Part shown: piece by piece, positions 29,874 to 39,228 of the stretch
Position numbering within the stretch: position 1 is the first letter of the stretch
Layout: each line of letters opens with the position of its first letter
From: Chthoniobacteraceae bacterium
GTDB taxonomy: Bacteria > Verrucomicrobiota > Verrucomicrobiia > Chthoniobacterales > Chthoniobacteraceae
NCBI GenBank assembly: GCA_037189965.1
Contig: JBBCKB010000006.1
Location: 13,926-77,925, forward strand
DNA length: 64,000 nucleotides
Direction: 5' to 3'
Position numbers and translations under genes: made by a program
Notes under the pieces: generated by a model
What the model was told of the DNA's origin: nothing
Seen by the model: the letters and a program-made list of their open reading frames with translations, nothing else
The model's database searches: none

Positions 29874-31373
29874 CTAGCGGTTGAGCTGGGTATCCAGGAA
29901 GGAGACGATCTGCCGGAGCTTTTCGTCGGAATCCATCTTGGTGCGGATGAGCCGGTGGGCGTGAAGGACGGTGCCGTGGTCTCTCCCGCCAAAGGCGTCG
30001 CCAATTTCGCTCAGGGAGGTTTTGGTGAGCTCGCGGGCGAGGTACATGGCGACTTGCCGGGGCAGCGCGATGTTGGCCGGGCGGCGCTTGCTGGTCATAT
30101 CGGCCAAGCGAATGTCGAACTGCTCGGCCACCTGTCGCTGGATTTGGTCGATGGTGACGGTGCGGCGCGCTTCTTCCTGGAGGATATCCTTGAGGAGGTG
30201 CTCCACGGCTTCGGCATTGAGCTCGCGCCCGGAGAGCGAGGCAAATGCGGCCACGCGCATGAGCGCCCCCTCCAGCCGCCGCACGTTGGTGCGGATCTTT
30301 TGGGCAAGGAACTCGAGAATCGTATCTCCCAGGCGCACGTGGAGGCTCTGGGCCTTCTTGCGCAGGATGGCCACGCGCGTCTCGATATCGGGCGGCTGCA
30401 TCTCGGCGGTAAGCCCCCACTCGAAGCGGGAGACGAGCCGCTGCTCGAGGTTGCGGATCTCGCTCGGCTGCCGGTCGGAAGAGAGGATGATCTGTTTGTG
30501 CCCGTCAAAAAGGGTGTTGAAGGTGTGGAAGAACTCGTCTTGCGAGCGCTCCCGCCCACCGAGGAACTGGATGTCGTCAATAATGAGGACATCGGCCTGC
30601 CGGTACCGGTTGCGGAAGCGGACGAGCTTGCCATTCTGGATGGCGTCAATGAACTCGTTGCAAAACCGCTCGCTGGTGATGTAGAGGACGCGGCTGTTTT
30701 TGCGGTTCGCGGCGACGTACTGGCCGATCGCCTGGATCAGGTGCGTCTTGCCCAGGCCGACGCCTCCGTAGACGAAGAAGGGGTTGTACGTTTTGGCCGG
30801 GTTTTTGGCGACGGCCAGCGCGGCGGCATGGGCAAATTGGTTGTTGGCCCCGACGACAAACGAGTCAAACGTGTTGCGCGGGTTCATCCCATTGGGGGCG
30901 CTTGTCGTGGCGGCAGCCGGAGCGGCGGCCGCTTTTCGCCGCGAAGCGGCGGCGGGGGCCGCGAGCGGCAGCTTCTCGAGGTCAGCCATGGTTTGGCCAA
31001 GGGCATCGGCGGTATCCGCGCTCGCCAGTGCTTCGGGAAGCTCGGCGGCAAACTCCGTTTCGGCGTCTGTGTCGACTTCCTCTTCGGCCAAGCCTGGCTC
31101 GGGCTCCGCCGCGACTTCCTGGGCCTCGCCCACGGCAAAGACGATTTTGCGGTCGCTCCCTAATACGAGCAAAATGGAGGAGTGGAGCAGGGGGAGGTAG
31201 TTCGTCTCAATCCAGAGCTGGTAGATGTTGTTGGGCACCCGGAGGGTGATCTGCGCCTCATCGGCCTGCAACATCCGGATCGCCTTGAACCACCGCTGGA
31301 ACGTATCCGCACTGACCTGGGGGCGGATCGCGTCCGCAATGTGCTTCCAGATCAGGGCGAGGTTGTCTTGCAT
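29874..31373 (-). CDS. dnaA: Chromosomal replication initiator protein DnaA
   Basis: Walker A GGVGLGKTHL, box VII SDRQPSEI, DNA-binding domain IV RRPANIALPRQVAMYLARELT..SLSEIG. ATG at 31373 preferred because a consensus DnaA box sits between it and the alternative ATG at 31394. Confidence 0.93.
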   Translation of the reverse strand: MQDNLALIWKHIADAIRPQVSADTFQRWFKAIRMLQADEAQITLRVPNNIYQLWIETNYLPLLHSSILLVLGSDRKIVFAVGEAQEVAAEPEPGLAEEEVDTDAETEFAAELPEALASADTADALGQTMADLEKLPLAAPAAASRRKAAAAPAAATTSAPNGMNPRNTFDSFVVGANNQFAHAAALAVAKNPAKTYNPFFVYGGVGLGKTHLIQAIGQYVAANRKNSRVLYITSERFCNEFIDAIQNGKLVRFRNRYRQADVLIIDDIQFLGGRERSQDEFFHTFNTLFDGHKQIILSSDRQPSEIRNLEQRLVSRFEWGLTAEMQPPDIETRVAILRKKAQSLHVRLGDTILEFLAQKIRTNVRRLEGALMRVAAFASLSGRELNAEAVEHLLKDILQEEARRTVTIDQIQRQVAEQFDIRLADMTSKRRPANIALPRQVAMYLARELTKTSLSEIGDAFGGRDHGTVLHAHRLIRTKMDSDEKLRQIVSFLDTQLNR

Positions 31374-31380
31374 AAGTGAT

Positions 31381-31389
31381 TTATCCACA
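31381..31389 (+). promoter_or_regulatory. Consensus DnaA box TTATCCACA
   Basis: Exact 9/9 match, 8 nt upstream of the preferred dnaA start codon. Confidence 0.75.
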
Positions 31390-31640
31390 ATCATTAGAAC
31401 CCCCAGCTACCGAGGCCGGAACGGTGGGTCCGCGCTTTCCCGTTACGCCGCCCAAGAGCGGCCGTTTGCTTGGTGAACTGACCAAAACCGCGTGAGGAAC
31501 AATCCTCCAACCCTCTGATTTCCAGCATCTTAGGAAATCGGAAAGTGTGGAACGCTTCTGCCGACAGGCTTTGCACCCGCTGCCGCGCCCCAAGGCGCTT
31601 GGGCAGATGGTTTGCCAAAAGAAGGCTCTGTTTTTGGTTC

Positions 31641-31660
31641 TTGTTCACAAGTTATTCACA
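31641..31660 (+). promoter_or_regulatory. Tandem DnaA-box-like pair TTGTTCACA-ag-TTATTCACA
   Basis: TTATTCACA fits TTATNCACA, and TTGTTCACA has one further mismatch. Both lie in the locally most AT-rich stretch of the 479-bp dnaA upstream spacer. Confidence 0.45.
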
Positions 31661-31873
31661 GGCAGGCTTCCCCTCGCCCGCCGACCGGCGTGAGATTACC
31701 GGGTGGGTTTTGGGGGGACAAGGAAAAACCCGGTCGGCTATGCGGAAAACTCCCCCGCTTTCCGCCCGCCGGCGCGATGGCGAGCGGCCCTTTCGCGCCT
31801 CCTCTCTGAAGGAACGCCCGCCCGCCAACCAAGGCAGCTAGGGCTTTCCCCGGTGTTGAAATCCGGCAGGGGG

Positions 31874-33496
31874 TCACTTCGCACCTTCCCCCGCGGCCAC
31901 GTGGGCACGGGCGATCTCGACCTGCCGATCGGGGGTGCGGAAGAGGATGGCCACGGCGAAGGTGGCCAGCGTGCCGATCGTCAACCGCCAGGGGAAGGCG
32001 ACCTCGGGCAGCCACTCCGGCTTCCACAAAATCAGCTCCTTATTCCCATGCAGTAGCCGCCACAGATCGTTGTGCAACCCGGCAAAGAGCGCCGCCGCAA
32101 AAAAACCGATCACCATGGCGAGGATGTTGCCCGCCTCGCTCCCCCGGCGGCGGGTGATCATCCCGACCAGAAAGATCCCCAGCAGCGACCCGTAAGTGTA
32201 CCCGAAGACCCCGAGTACGATCGGGATGATGGCCGACTTGAGCACCAGCACCGCATACGCCGTGGCTGCGCCGATCACCACCAAAATGGCCGAAAAGACC
32301 ACCGTGCTCCAGCGGGCCGCGCGGACGATCTGCGCCGGGCCCGCCTCGGGGCGGATATACGGTTTGTACCAATCTTCGGTAAAGCTGGTGGCCAGCGCGT
32401 TGAGCGCCGTGGAGAGCGACCCCATGGCCGTGGCAAACACCCCCGCTACCAGCAGCCCGCGCACGCCGGGCGGCATCTCGTGGAGGATGTAGTAGGCAAA
32501 CGGGTGCGCCTTGCCGGCCTCCTGGTAGAAGACCCAGAGGAGGATGCCGACAAAAAGGAAGCAGAGCACCAGCGGCACGTCCGCAATGCCCGAGAGGATG
32601 ACGGCGAGGCGGCTCTTTTTGTAATCCTTGGCGGTGAGCATCCGCTGCACCATGTCCTGGTCCGTCCCGTGGGTGGCCATCGTCAGGAAGGTGGCCCCGA
32701 AGATGGCCGTCCAGATCGTATAGTCCGACTCCAGCACCGAGCGCACATGGCCCAGGAAGGTCTTCTCCCCCTCCAGCCCGAGGTCGAAGAAGGCCAGATC
32801 TTTCGGCCCGGTAAGGTGCGCGGAGACGGTGGCCCACCCGCCGGGGATGTGGTCGAGCAGCGTGTAGATGGCAAACCCAAGGCCGCCAAACATCACCGTT
32901 GCCTGGATCACATCCGTCCAAACCACCGCTTTGATCCCCCCCAGCGTCGTATAAATCGCCGTGGCCACGGTGATAAAGGTGAGCGCGCCGATGTAAACAA
33001 AGAGCTGCTGGCGGATGGAGAGCGTCTGCCCGGTCACCATCTCATACCCAAGCACGAGGATGATCGCCGCCACATAGAGCCGCGTGCCGCTCGCCAGTGC
33101 CCGGGTAACGAGGAAGACGGCGGAAGCCCCGTTCTTCGTCCGCTCGCCAAAGCGCAGGCGGAGAAACTCGTAGATCGAGACCACCCGGTAGTCGTAATAC
33201 GGCTTGATGAAAAGGTATGCGACGATGATGCGCGCGAGAATGGTGCCGATGGCGAGCTGCGCGTAGGTGAAGTTGCGGTGGGAATACCCCTCGCCCGGCG
33301 CGCCAAGGAAGGTGGCCGCGCTCGTCTCTGCCGCGATGATCGAGGCGAGCACCGCCCACCACGGGATGTTGCGGTCGCCCACGGCAAACGCCTCCATATC
33401 CTTGCTCCCCCGGCCCATGTAGAGGCCGATGCCCATCACAAGGGCGAAGTAGAGGACGATAACAAACCCATCCAACGCGTAGGGGGCGAGATTCAT
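31874..33496 (-). CDS. Sodium:solute symporter family (SSF) transporter
   Basis: MNLAPYALDGFVIVLYFALVMGIGLYMGRGSKDMEAFAVGDRNIPWW..., about 13 TM helices. Track ORF trimmed to ATG at 33496. Confidence 0.85.
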   Translation of the reverse strand: MNLAPYALDGFVIVLYFALVMGIGLYMGRGSKDMEAFAVGDRNIPWWAVLASIIAAETSAATFLGAPGEGYSHRNFTYAQLAIGTILARIIVAYLFIKPYYDYRVVSIYEFLRLRFGERTKNGASAVFLVTRALASGTRLYVAAIILVLGYEMVTGQTLSIRQQLFVYIGALTFITVATAIYTTLGGIKAVVWTDVIQATVMFGGLGFAIYTLLDHIPGGWATVSAHLTGPKDLAFFDLGLEGEKTFLGHVRSVLESDYTIWTAIFGATFLTMATHGTDQDMVQRMLTAKDYKKSRLAVILSGIADVPLVLCFLFVGILLWVFYQEAGKAHPFAYYILHEMPPGVRGLLVAGVFATAMGSLSTALNALATSFTEDWYKPYIRPEAGPAQIVRAARWSTVVFSAILVVIGAATAYAVLVLKSAIIPIVLGVFGYTYGSLLGIFLVGMITRRRGSEAGNILAMVIGFFAAALFAGLHNDLWRLLHGNKELILWKPEWLPEVAFPWRLTIGTLATFAVAILFRTPDRQVEIARAHVAAGEGAK

Positions 33497-33631
33497 GGCC
33501 GCCACGGTAGGCACGAACCCCGCCAAACCGCAACCCGGTTCCGCCACCCTCGCGCACCCCGGGGGAACCCCGGCCCTTCCTTCCGCGTGACGTGCGCCCC
33601 CCGGGCATGGTACGCTCTGGCCCTCTTCGCC

Positions 33632-34690
33632 ATGAGCCAACCCACCTCTTCCTACCGCGCCTGGGGCGTTTCCGACGCCGCTTCCTCCCTCGCCCCTCTC
33701 ACCATCGGCCGCCGCGCCCCGCTCTCCACCGACGTGGAGCTTGAGATTCTCTACTGCGGCGTCTGCCACTCCGATCTCCATCAGGCCCGCAGCGAATGGG
33801 GTCCGAGCTTCTACCCGTGCGTCCCCGGCCACGAGATCGTGGGCCGCGTGGTGCGCGTGGGTGCCGGGGTGCGCAACTTCAAGGTGGGCGACATCGCCGC
33901 CGTCGGGTGCATGGTCGATTCGTGCCGCACCTGCCCCAACTGCGCCGCCGGGGTGGAGCAATACTGCGAAGCCGGGCCCACCTTTACCTACAATAGCCGC
34001 GACCTCCTTACCGAAGGCGGCCACACCTTTGGCGGGTACTCCAGCGGCATCGTGGTGGACGAGGCATTTACCGTGCGCGTGCCCGAGGGGCTCGACCTCG
34101 CGGCCACCGCCCCGCTTCTCTGCGCGGGCATTACCACCTACTCGCCCCTGCGCCACTGGAAGGTGGGGCCGGGGAGCAAGGTCGGCGTCGTCGGCCTCGG
34201 GGGGCTGGGGCACATGGCGCTGAAATTTGCCCGGGCCTTTGGGGCGGAAGTCACCCTCTTTACCACCTCCCCCTCGAAGGTGGAGGACGGGCTGCGCCTC
34301 GGCGCGCACGAGGTCGTCATCTCCCGCGATGCCGACGCCATGCGCAAGCAGCGCAACCGGTACGACTTCATCCTCGACGCCGTCTCCGCCGAGCACGACC
34401 TCAACGCTTACCTCGCCCTGCTGCGGCTCGATGGCACGCTCGTGCAGGTGGGTGCGCCCGATAAGCCGCTACCGGTCTCGGCCTTCAGCGTCATCGGCCA
34501 GCGCCGCAGCTTCGCGGGCTCGGCCATCGGCGGCATCGCCGAGACGCAGGAGATGCTCGATTACTGCGCGAAGGAGGGGATCGTCTCCGACATCGAGCTG
34601 ATCAACATCGCGCAGATCAACGAAGCGTGGGAGCGGATGCTGCGGCAGGATGTGCGCTACCGCTTTGTCATTGATATGGCGACGCTGTAG
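33632..34690 (+). CDS. Zinc-type NAD(P)-dependent alcohol dehydrogenase (CAD/YahK-like)
   Basis: GVCHSDLH, PCVPGHEIVGRV, structural-zinc Cys cluster CRTCPNCAAGVEQYC, GLGGLGHMA Rossmann motif. Confidence 0.88.
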   Translation: MSQPTSSYRAWGVSDAASSLAPLTIGRRAPLSTDVELEILYCGVCHSDLHQARSEWGPSFYPCVPGHEIVGRVVRVGAGVRNFKVGDIAAVGCMVDSCRTCPNCAAGVEQYCEAGPTFTYNSRDLLTEGGHTFGGYSSGIVVDEAFTVRVPEGLDLAATAPLLCAGITTYSPLRHWKVGPGSKVGVVGLGGLGHMALKFARAFGAEVTLFTTSPSKVEDGLRLGAHEVVISRDADAMRKQRNRYDFILDAVSAEHDLNAYLALLRLDGTLVQVGAPDKPLPVSAFSVIGQRRSFAGSAIGGIAETQEMLDYCAKEGIVSDIELINIAQINEAWERMLRQDVRYRFVIDMATL

Positions 34691-34702
34691 AGCCGCTTTT
34701 TT

Positions 34703-35179
34703 ATGAAGACCTCCCAGATCACCCGGATCATCCTGCGGCTTTTTGCCCTCAAGTGGTTCTTCAGCGCGGCGATCCAGATTCCATGGATGTTCATGGGAGA
34801 GACGCCGATGTACCGCAACTGGCTGCCCTGCGTGGTCACGCTCGGGCTTGCGGCTCTCGTATGGCGGCTCGCCCCGTGGTTGGGGCGGCTGGTCGCAGGG
34901 GCAGAGGATGAAAGCGGCCCGCTCCCCAGCATCTCCCACCGGCAGCTTTTACATGTCGTGCTGGTGGGCTTGGGGGGCTACTTCTGCCTCTCTTCCATTG
35001 GGGCGCTGATCAATGCGTTTTACATCTACACCGTCGAGCAAACCTCCTCTGCCGAGGTCGGTATTAGGCTTGCGCCCTTCCCTCAAGAAGCAATTCTGCA
35101 CGGCTTCACCTTCGCGGCTGGGCTCTTCGTCGTCTTGGCTGCGCCGCATCTGGTGCGCAAGCTCCTGCCCGCTACCTAG
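34703..35179 (+). CDS. Hypothetical membrane protein (about 4 TM)
   Basis: 158-aa ORF with four hydrophobic segments. No recognisable motif. Confidence 0.4.
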   Translation: MKTSQITRIILRLFALKWFFSAAIQIPWMFMGETPMYRNWLPCVVTLGLAALVWRLAPWLGRLVAGAEDESGPLPSISHRQLLHVVLVGLGGYFCLSSIGALINAFYIYTVEQTSSAEVGIRLAPFPQEAILHGFTFAAGLFVVLAAPHLVRKLLPAT

Positions 35180-35201
35180 GACTACTACGTTAGCGCCGGA
35201 G

Positions 35202-35265
35202 ATTGTAGGGCGTTTCTGTGAAACGCCATGGGGTTGGGCTGCCGTCTCACAGAGACGGCCTACCG
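35202..35265 (+). repeat. REPIN-like element, unit F (compensated stem variant GGCGTTTC/GAAACGCC)
   Basis: ATTGTAGGGCGTTTCTGTGAAACGCCATGGGGTTGGGCTGCCGTCTCACAGAGACGGCCTACCG. Overlaps the glgA stop codon. Confidence 0.88.
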
Positions 35266-36696
35266 TTCATGCTTCGCGGCGCTTGCGTACACCTGCTCGT
35301 AGCGGGCGGCGGCGGTGCTCCATGAGAAGTCGGCCTCCATCGCCCGGGCGCGCAGGGCGGCCCAGTGCGCGGCATCCTCAAACGCGGCGCGGGCGCGGGC
35401 CAGCGCATCCCAAAAGGCTTCGGGCGTTTCTTCAAAAAAGAGGAAGCCGGTGCCGGGGGTGGCCGGGTCGTCATCGCGGATAATCTGGTGGAGCCCTCCG
35501 GTGGCGTGCGCCACCGGCACGGTGCCGTAGAGCTGCGCGTACATGGCCGTGAGCCCGCACGGCTCGTAGCGCGAGGGGGCGAGGAAGACATCCGCCCCCG
35601 CCATGAGCCGGTGCGAAAGCGCCTCGTCAAACCCTTGGCGGAAGGCGAACTTGCCGGGGTGCCGCCGTGCGGCCACGAGCAGCTCGCGCTCCCACCGGGC
35701 CTCGCCCTCGCCGAGGATCGCCAGCCGCACATCATCCGCCAGCAGGCGGTCGAGCAGTGGGGTGAGCCACGCCAGCCCCTTCTGCTCCACGAGCCGCCCC
35801 ACCAGCGCAAAGACAGGGCCGCGCGCCTCGGGCAGGAGCCCCAGCTCCTCCAGCAAGGCCGAGCGGCAGAGCGCCTTGCCGGAAAGATCTTCCGCGGAAT
35901 AGCGGGCGGGGAGGGCGGCATCGTGCGCCGGGCTCCAGCGGGTGGTATCCACCCCATTGAGGATGCCGCGCAGGCGGCCCGCGCGGGCACGCAGGATGCC
36001 GTCGAGCCCGCACCCGCCTTCGGGCGTGCAGATCTCGCGCGCATACGGCTCGCTCACCGTGGTGATTGCGTCGGCAAAGGCGATGCCCGCCTTCATGAAG
36101 TTAAACGCGCCCCACGCTTCCACCCCCTCCGCGTTGTAGTAGGCCCAAGGCAACCCCGCAAGCCCGAAGCTTTCCGGCGGGAAGGCCCCCTGGTGAGCGA
36201 GGTTGTGGATGGTGTAGACCGTCGCAAATGGCAGCCCCGCCTCCCGCACCATGGCGGGCACGAGCGCCGTGGGCCAATCGTGCAAATGCAGCACTTCGGG
36301 GGAGGGGTCTAAATGCCGGGCCAGCTCGGTGACCGCGCGGCAGAACCAGGTAAACCGCGCCGCGTTATCCTCATACGCGCTCCCGGCATCCGGGCCGTAG
36401 AGGCCGGGGCGGTCGAAAAAGCGGTCGCACCCGAGCAGAAAGAGGGGGACTCCGTTGGGGGCCACCCCTTCGTACACCTGCACATCCAAGCGCTGGCCAC
36501 CGCCGAGCACCACCGGCAGCGAGACCCCCGTGGCCTCTACCGGGAGGTAGGCGCGCACTTGCGGGTAGAGCGGCAGCGCCACCGCCACCTCGTGCCCCCG
36601 GGCCCGGAGTGCGGCGGGGAGCGCCTCCAGCACATCGCCCAAGCCGCCCGTGCGCACCAAAGGCGCCATCTCTGCCGTCGCCATGAGAATCTTCAT
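35260..36696 (-). CDS. glgA: Glycogen synthase (GT5, ADP-glucose type)
   Basis: MKILMATAEMAPLVRTGGLGDV (KTGGL-type motif), 478 aa. Track ORF trimmed to ATG at 36696. Confidence 0.9.
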   Translation of the reverse strand: MKILMATAEMAPLVRTGGLGDVLEALPAALRARGHEVAVALPLYPQVRAYLPVEATGVSLPVVLGGGQRLDVQVYEGVAPNGVPLFLLGCDRFFDRPGLYGPDAGSAYEDNAARFTWFCRAVTELARHLDPSPEVLHLHDWPTALVPAMVREAGLPFATVYTIHNLAHQGAFPPESFGLAGLPWAYYNAEGVEAWGAFNFMKAGIAFADAITTVSEPYAREICTPEGGCGLDGILRARAGRLRGILNGVDTTRWSPAHDAALPARYSAEDLSGKALCRSALLEELGLLPEARGPVFALVGRLVEQKGLAWLTPLLDRLLADDVRLAILGEGEARWERELLVAARRHPGKFAFRQGFDEALSHRLMAGADVFLAPSRYEPCGLTAMYAQLYGTVPVAHATGGLHQIIRDDDPATPGTGFLFFEETPEAFWDALARARAAFEDAAHWAALRARAMEADFSWSTAAARYEQVYASAAKHER

Positions 36697-36785
36697 TCCC
36701 GCCCTTATACCCGCCCCGCCCGGGCAAGGCAACCGGAGCCCACTTGATAAAAGGGCGGGCGAGAGGCGCAACCATGCGCGGTTGG

Positions 36786-36850
36786 GTTGTAGGCCGTTTC
36801 TGTGAAACGGCGGTCCAACCCGATGGCGTCTCACAGAGACGCCCTACAAT
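36786..36850 (-). repeat. REPIN-like element, unit G (compensated stem variant GCCGTTTC/GAAACGGC)
   Basis: GTTGTAGGCCGTTTCTGTGAAACGGCGGTCCAACCCGATGGCGTCTCACAGAGACGCCCTACAAT. Confidence 0.88.
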
Positions 36851-36927
36851 CTTCCACTTTCGCGCCGAGCTTCCATATCATCTAGCGAAGTAGGACTAAT
36901 ACGCTCCCGCACAACGCCCCGGGGAAA

Positions 36928-36942
36928 AGGCTCTTGCGTTGC
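36928..36942 (+). promoter_or_regulatory. Sigma-54 (-24/-12) promoter-like motif upstream of the ptsN-like gene
   Basis: AGGCTC-ttgcg-TTGC compared with consensus TGGCAC-N5-TTGC (GG and GC correctly spaced). The GC dinucleotide is 46 nt upstream of ATG 36988. Confidence 0.35.
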
Positions 36943-36987
36943 CCCCGGGCAGCCCCTAAAGTCGCCCCCACCTTTTTTGCAGGCACC

Positions 36988-37461
36988 ATGACCTTGGGGC
37001 ACCTCTTATCCATCGAACAGATCATCCCGCAGATGCAAGCGGTGGACCGCTGGGCGGCTATTGTCGAGCTGGTTGATCTACTGGTTTCCCGCGGCAAGAT
37101 CCGCCCTGAAGATCGCGACGCCATCCTCGCCGCCCTGCGCGCCCGCGAAGAGACGATGAGCACCGGCATCGGCTTCGGCATCGCCATCCCGCACGCCTCC
37201 TCCGAGCGCGTTACAGAAGTCGTCGCCGCTTTTGGTCGTTCTGACAAAGGCATTGAGTTTGACTCGTTGGACAACCAGCCCGTCCGCTTCATCGTCCTTT
37301 TCATCGTCCCCAAAGACCAGTTCCAGACGCACCTGCGCACCTTGGCGGCCATCGCCAAGTTCCTCAACGACCGCACCGTGCGCGAGCGGCTTGGCAGCGC
37401 CCCCACCGTGCAGGATATTTTGACGATCTTTGAGGCGCCCACCCCCTCCCGCGGGGCGTGA
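36988..37461 (+). CDS. ptsN: PTS EIIA type-2 domain protein (nitrogen-regulatory EIIA-Ntr-like)
   Basis: SIEQIIPQMQAVDRWAAIVELVDLL..., phospho-His region STGIGFGIAIPHA, FIVLFIVP. Confidence 0.75.
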   Translation: MTLGHLLSIEQIIPQMQAVDRWAAIVELVDLLVSRGKIRPEDRDAILAALRAREETMSTGIGFGIAIPHASSERVTEVVAAFGRSDKGIEFDSLDNQPVRFIVLFIVPKDQFQTHLRTLAAIAKFLNDRTVRERLGSAPTVQDILTIFEAPTPSRGA

Positions 37462-37507
37462 GCATCCGGGCCCTGACTTTCCGGGCCAAGGCCCGAGGCT
37501 TCCTTTA

Positions 37508-39208
37508 ATGACCATCCAAGCCCTTCTTGAAACGCGGCTGCGCGAAGCGCTCCCCGACGTTGATCCCGCCAAAGTACGCGTGGCCGCCGCCACCGACTCC
37601 CGCTTTGGAGATTACCAGAGCAACATCGCCATGCAGCTCGCCCGCGAGCGCAAGGCGAACCCCCGGCAGGTGGCCACGGAGATCCAGTCTACCCTGCGGG
37701 TGGAGGATCTTTGCGAGAGCGTCGAGATCGCCGGGGCCGGGTTTCTCAACTTCCGCCTCCGTGCCGACCTGCTGGCCCGCCACGCCCGCGCCGCGTTGGA
37801 CGATGCGCGCCTCGGCGTCCCCGCCGCGCCCGAGCCGCGCACCATCCTGATCGACTTCAGCTCGCCCAACGTCGCCAAGCCGATGCACGTGGGCCATATT
37901 CGCAGCACCATTTTGGGCGATACGCTTGCCCGCATCGCCCGGTTCCTCGGCCACCGCGTCGTTACGGATAACCACATTGGCGATTGGGGCACCCAGTTTG
38001 GCAAAGTCATCTACGGGTGGAAGCACTACCGCGATGAGGCCGCGCTGGCCGCCTCGCCCATCAACGAGCTGGTGCGCCTTTACAAACAGGCCAACGCCGC
38101 CGCCGAGGCGGACCCCGCCATCCTCGCCACCTGCCGCGAAGAGCTCGTGCGCCTGCAAGCGGGCGATGCGGAGAACACCGCCATCTGGGAGCAAACCGTG
38201 GCCCTCTCGTGGCGCGAGTTTGAGGCGATGTACGGCCTTCTAGGCATTGAGTTTGACGAGCATTTGGGCGAGAGCTTCTACAACGAGCGGCTCGCCCCCC
38301 TCGTGGAGCGGCTCTTGGCCGGGGGGATCGCCGAGATCAGCGAAGGGGCCGCGTGCGTCTTCTTCCGGGGCAACCCCGCGCTGGAAGATAAGCCGTGCCT
38401 CATCCGCAAGAGCGATGGCGGCTTCCTCTACGCCACCACCGATCTGGCCACGATCGAGTACCGCGCGGAGCGGTGGGCGCCGGACGAAGTCTGGTACGTC
38501 GTCGGCGCGCCACAGGCGCTGCATTTTGAGCAGGTCTTCTCCGTCGCGGAGAAAATGGGGCTGGCCGGGCGGCGCGTCCACATCCCGTTTGGCAGCATCT
38601 TGGGGGAGGACCGCAAGCTGATGAAAACGCGCTCGGGCGAGAACGTGCAGCTTCGCGACGTGCTCGTGGAAGCGCAGGAGCGCGCCCGCAAGATCGTGGA
38701 GGATAAGAACCCCACACTTGCCCCCGAGGAGAAGGAGCAGATCGCCCGCACTATCGGCATCGGGGCCGTCAAGTACGCCGAGCTTTCCCAGTATCGGCTG
38801 ACGGATTACGTCTTTTCGTGGGAGAAAATGCTCTCTTTCCAGGGCAACACCGCCCCGTATTTGCAGAACGCCTACGTGCGCATCCGCTCCATCTTCCGCA
38901 AGCTGGAGGAGCCGTTCTCCCCGCCGCCCCAGCTGGAGCTGGCCGCGCCTCAGGAGCGGGCGCTCGCGCTCAAGCTCGCGCAGTTTGGCGAGGTCATCCC
39001 CTCCCTCCTGGAGGAGCACCGCCCCAACCTGCTGGCCAACTACCGCTACGAGCTGGCCGACACCTTCCACGGCTTCTACGAAGCCTGCCCCGTCCTCAAA
39101 AGCGAAGGGGCCGCCCGCGCCACCCGGCTCGCCCTGTGCGAGCTAACGGCCCGCATCCTGCGCGAAGGGCTCGGCCTCCTGGGCATCGACGTGCCGGAGC
39201 GGATGTAG
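37508..39208 (+). CDS. argS: Arginine--tRNA ligase
   Basis: FGDYQSNIAMQLA, HIGH-type PNVAKPMHVGHIRS, LMKTRSGENV, C-terminal anticodon-binding (DALR-type) domain. Confidence 0.93.
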   Translation: MTIQALLETRLREALPDVDPAKVRVAAATDSRFGDYQSNIAMQLARERKANPRQVATEIQSTLRVEDLCESVEIAGAGFLNFRLRADLLARHARAALDDARLGVPAAPEPRTILIDFSSPNVAKPMHVGHIRSTILGDTLARIARFLGHRVVTDNHIGDWGTQFGKVIYGWKHYRDEAALAASPINELVRLYKQANAAAEADPAILATCREELVRLQAGDAENTAIWEQTVALSWREFEAMYGLLGIEFDEHLGESFYNERLAPLVERLLAGGIAEISEGAACVFFRGNPALEDKPCLIRKSDGGFLYATTDLATIEYRAERWAPDEVWYVVGAPQALHFEQVFSVAEKMGLAGRRVHIPFGSILGEDRKLMKTRSGENVQLRDVLVEAQERARKIVEDKNPTLAPEEKEQIARTIGIGAVKYAELSQYRLTDYVFSWEKMLSFQGNTAPYLQNAYVRIRSIFRKLEEPFSPPPQLELAAPQERALALKLAQFGEVIPSLLEEHRPNLLANYRYELADTFHGFYEACPVLKSEGAARATRLALCELTARILREGLGLLGIDVPERM

Positions 39209-39228
39209 GGGCTCGTTTGCAGAGGGAG

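Noticed and set aside
31374-31394. Alternative dnaA start at ATG 31394 (MIVDKSLMQDN...).
   Set aside because: It would place the perfect DnaA box TTATCCACA inside the first codons. The downstream ATG 31373 leaves the box in a typical autoregulatory position. The choice cannot be settled without ortholog alignment.
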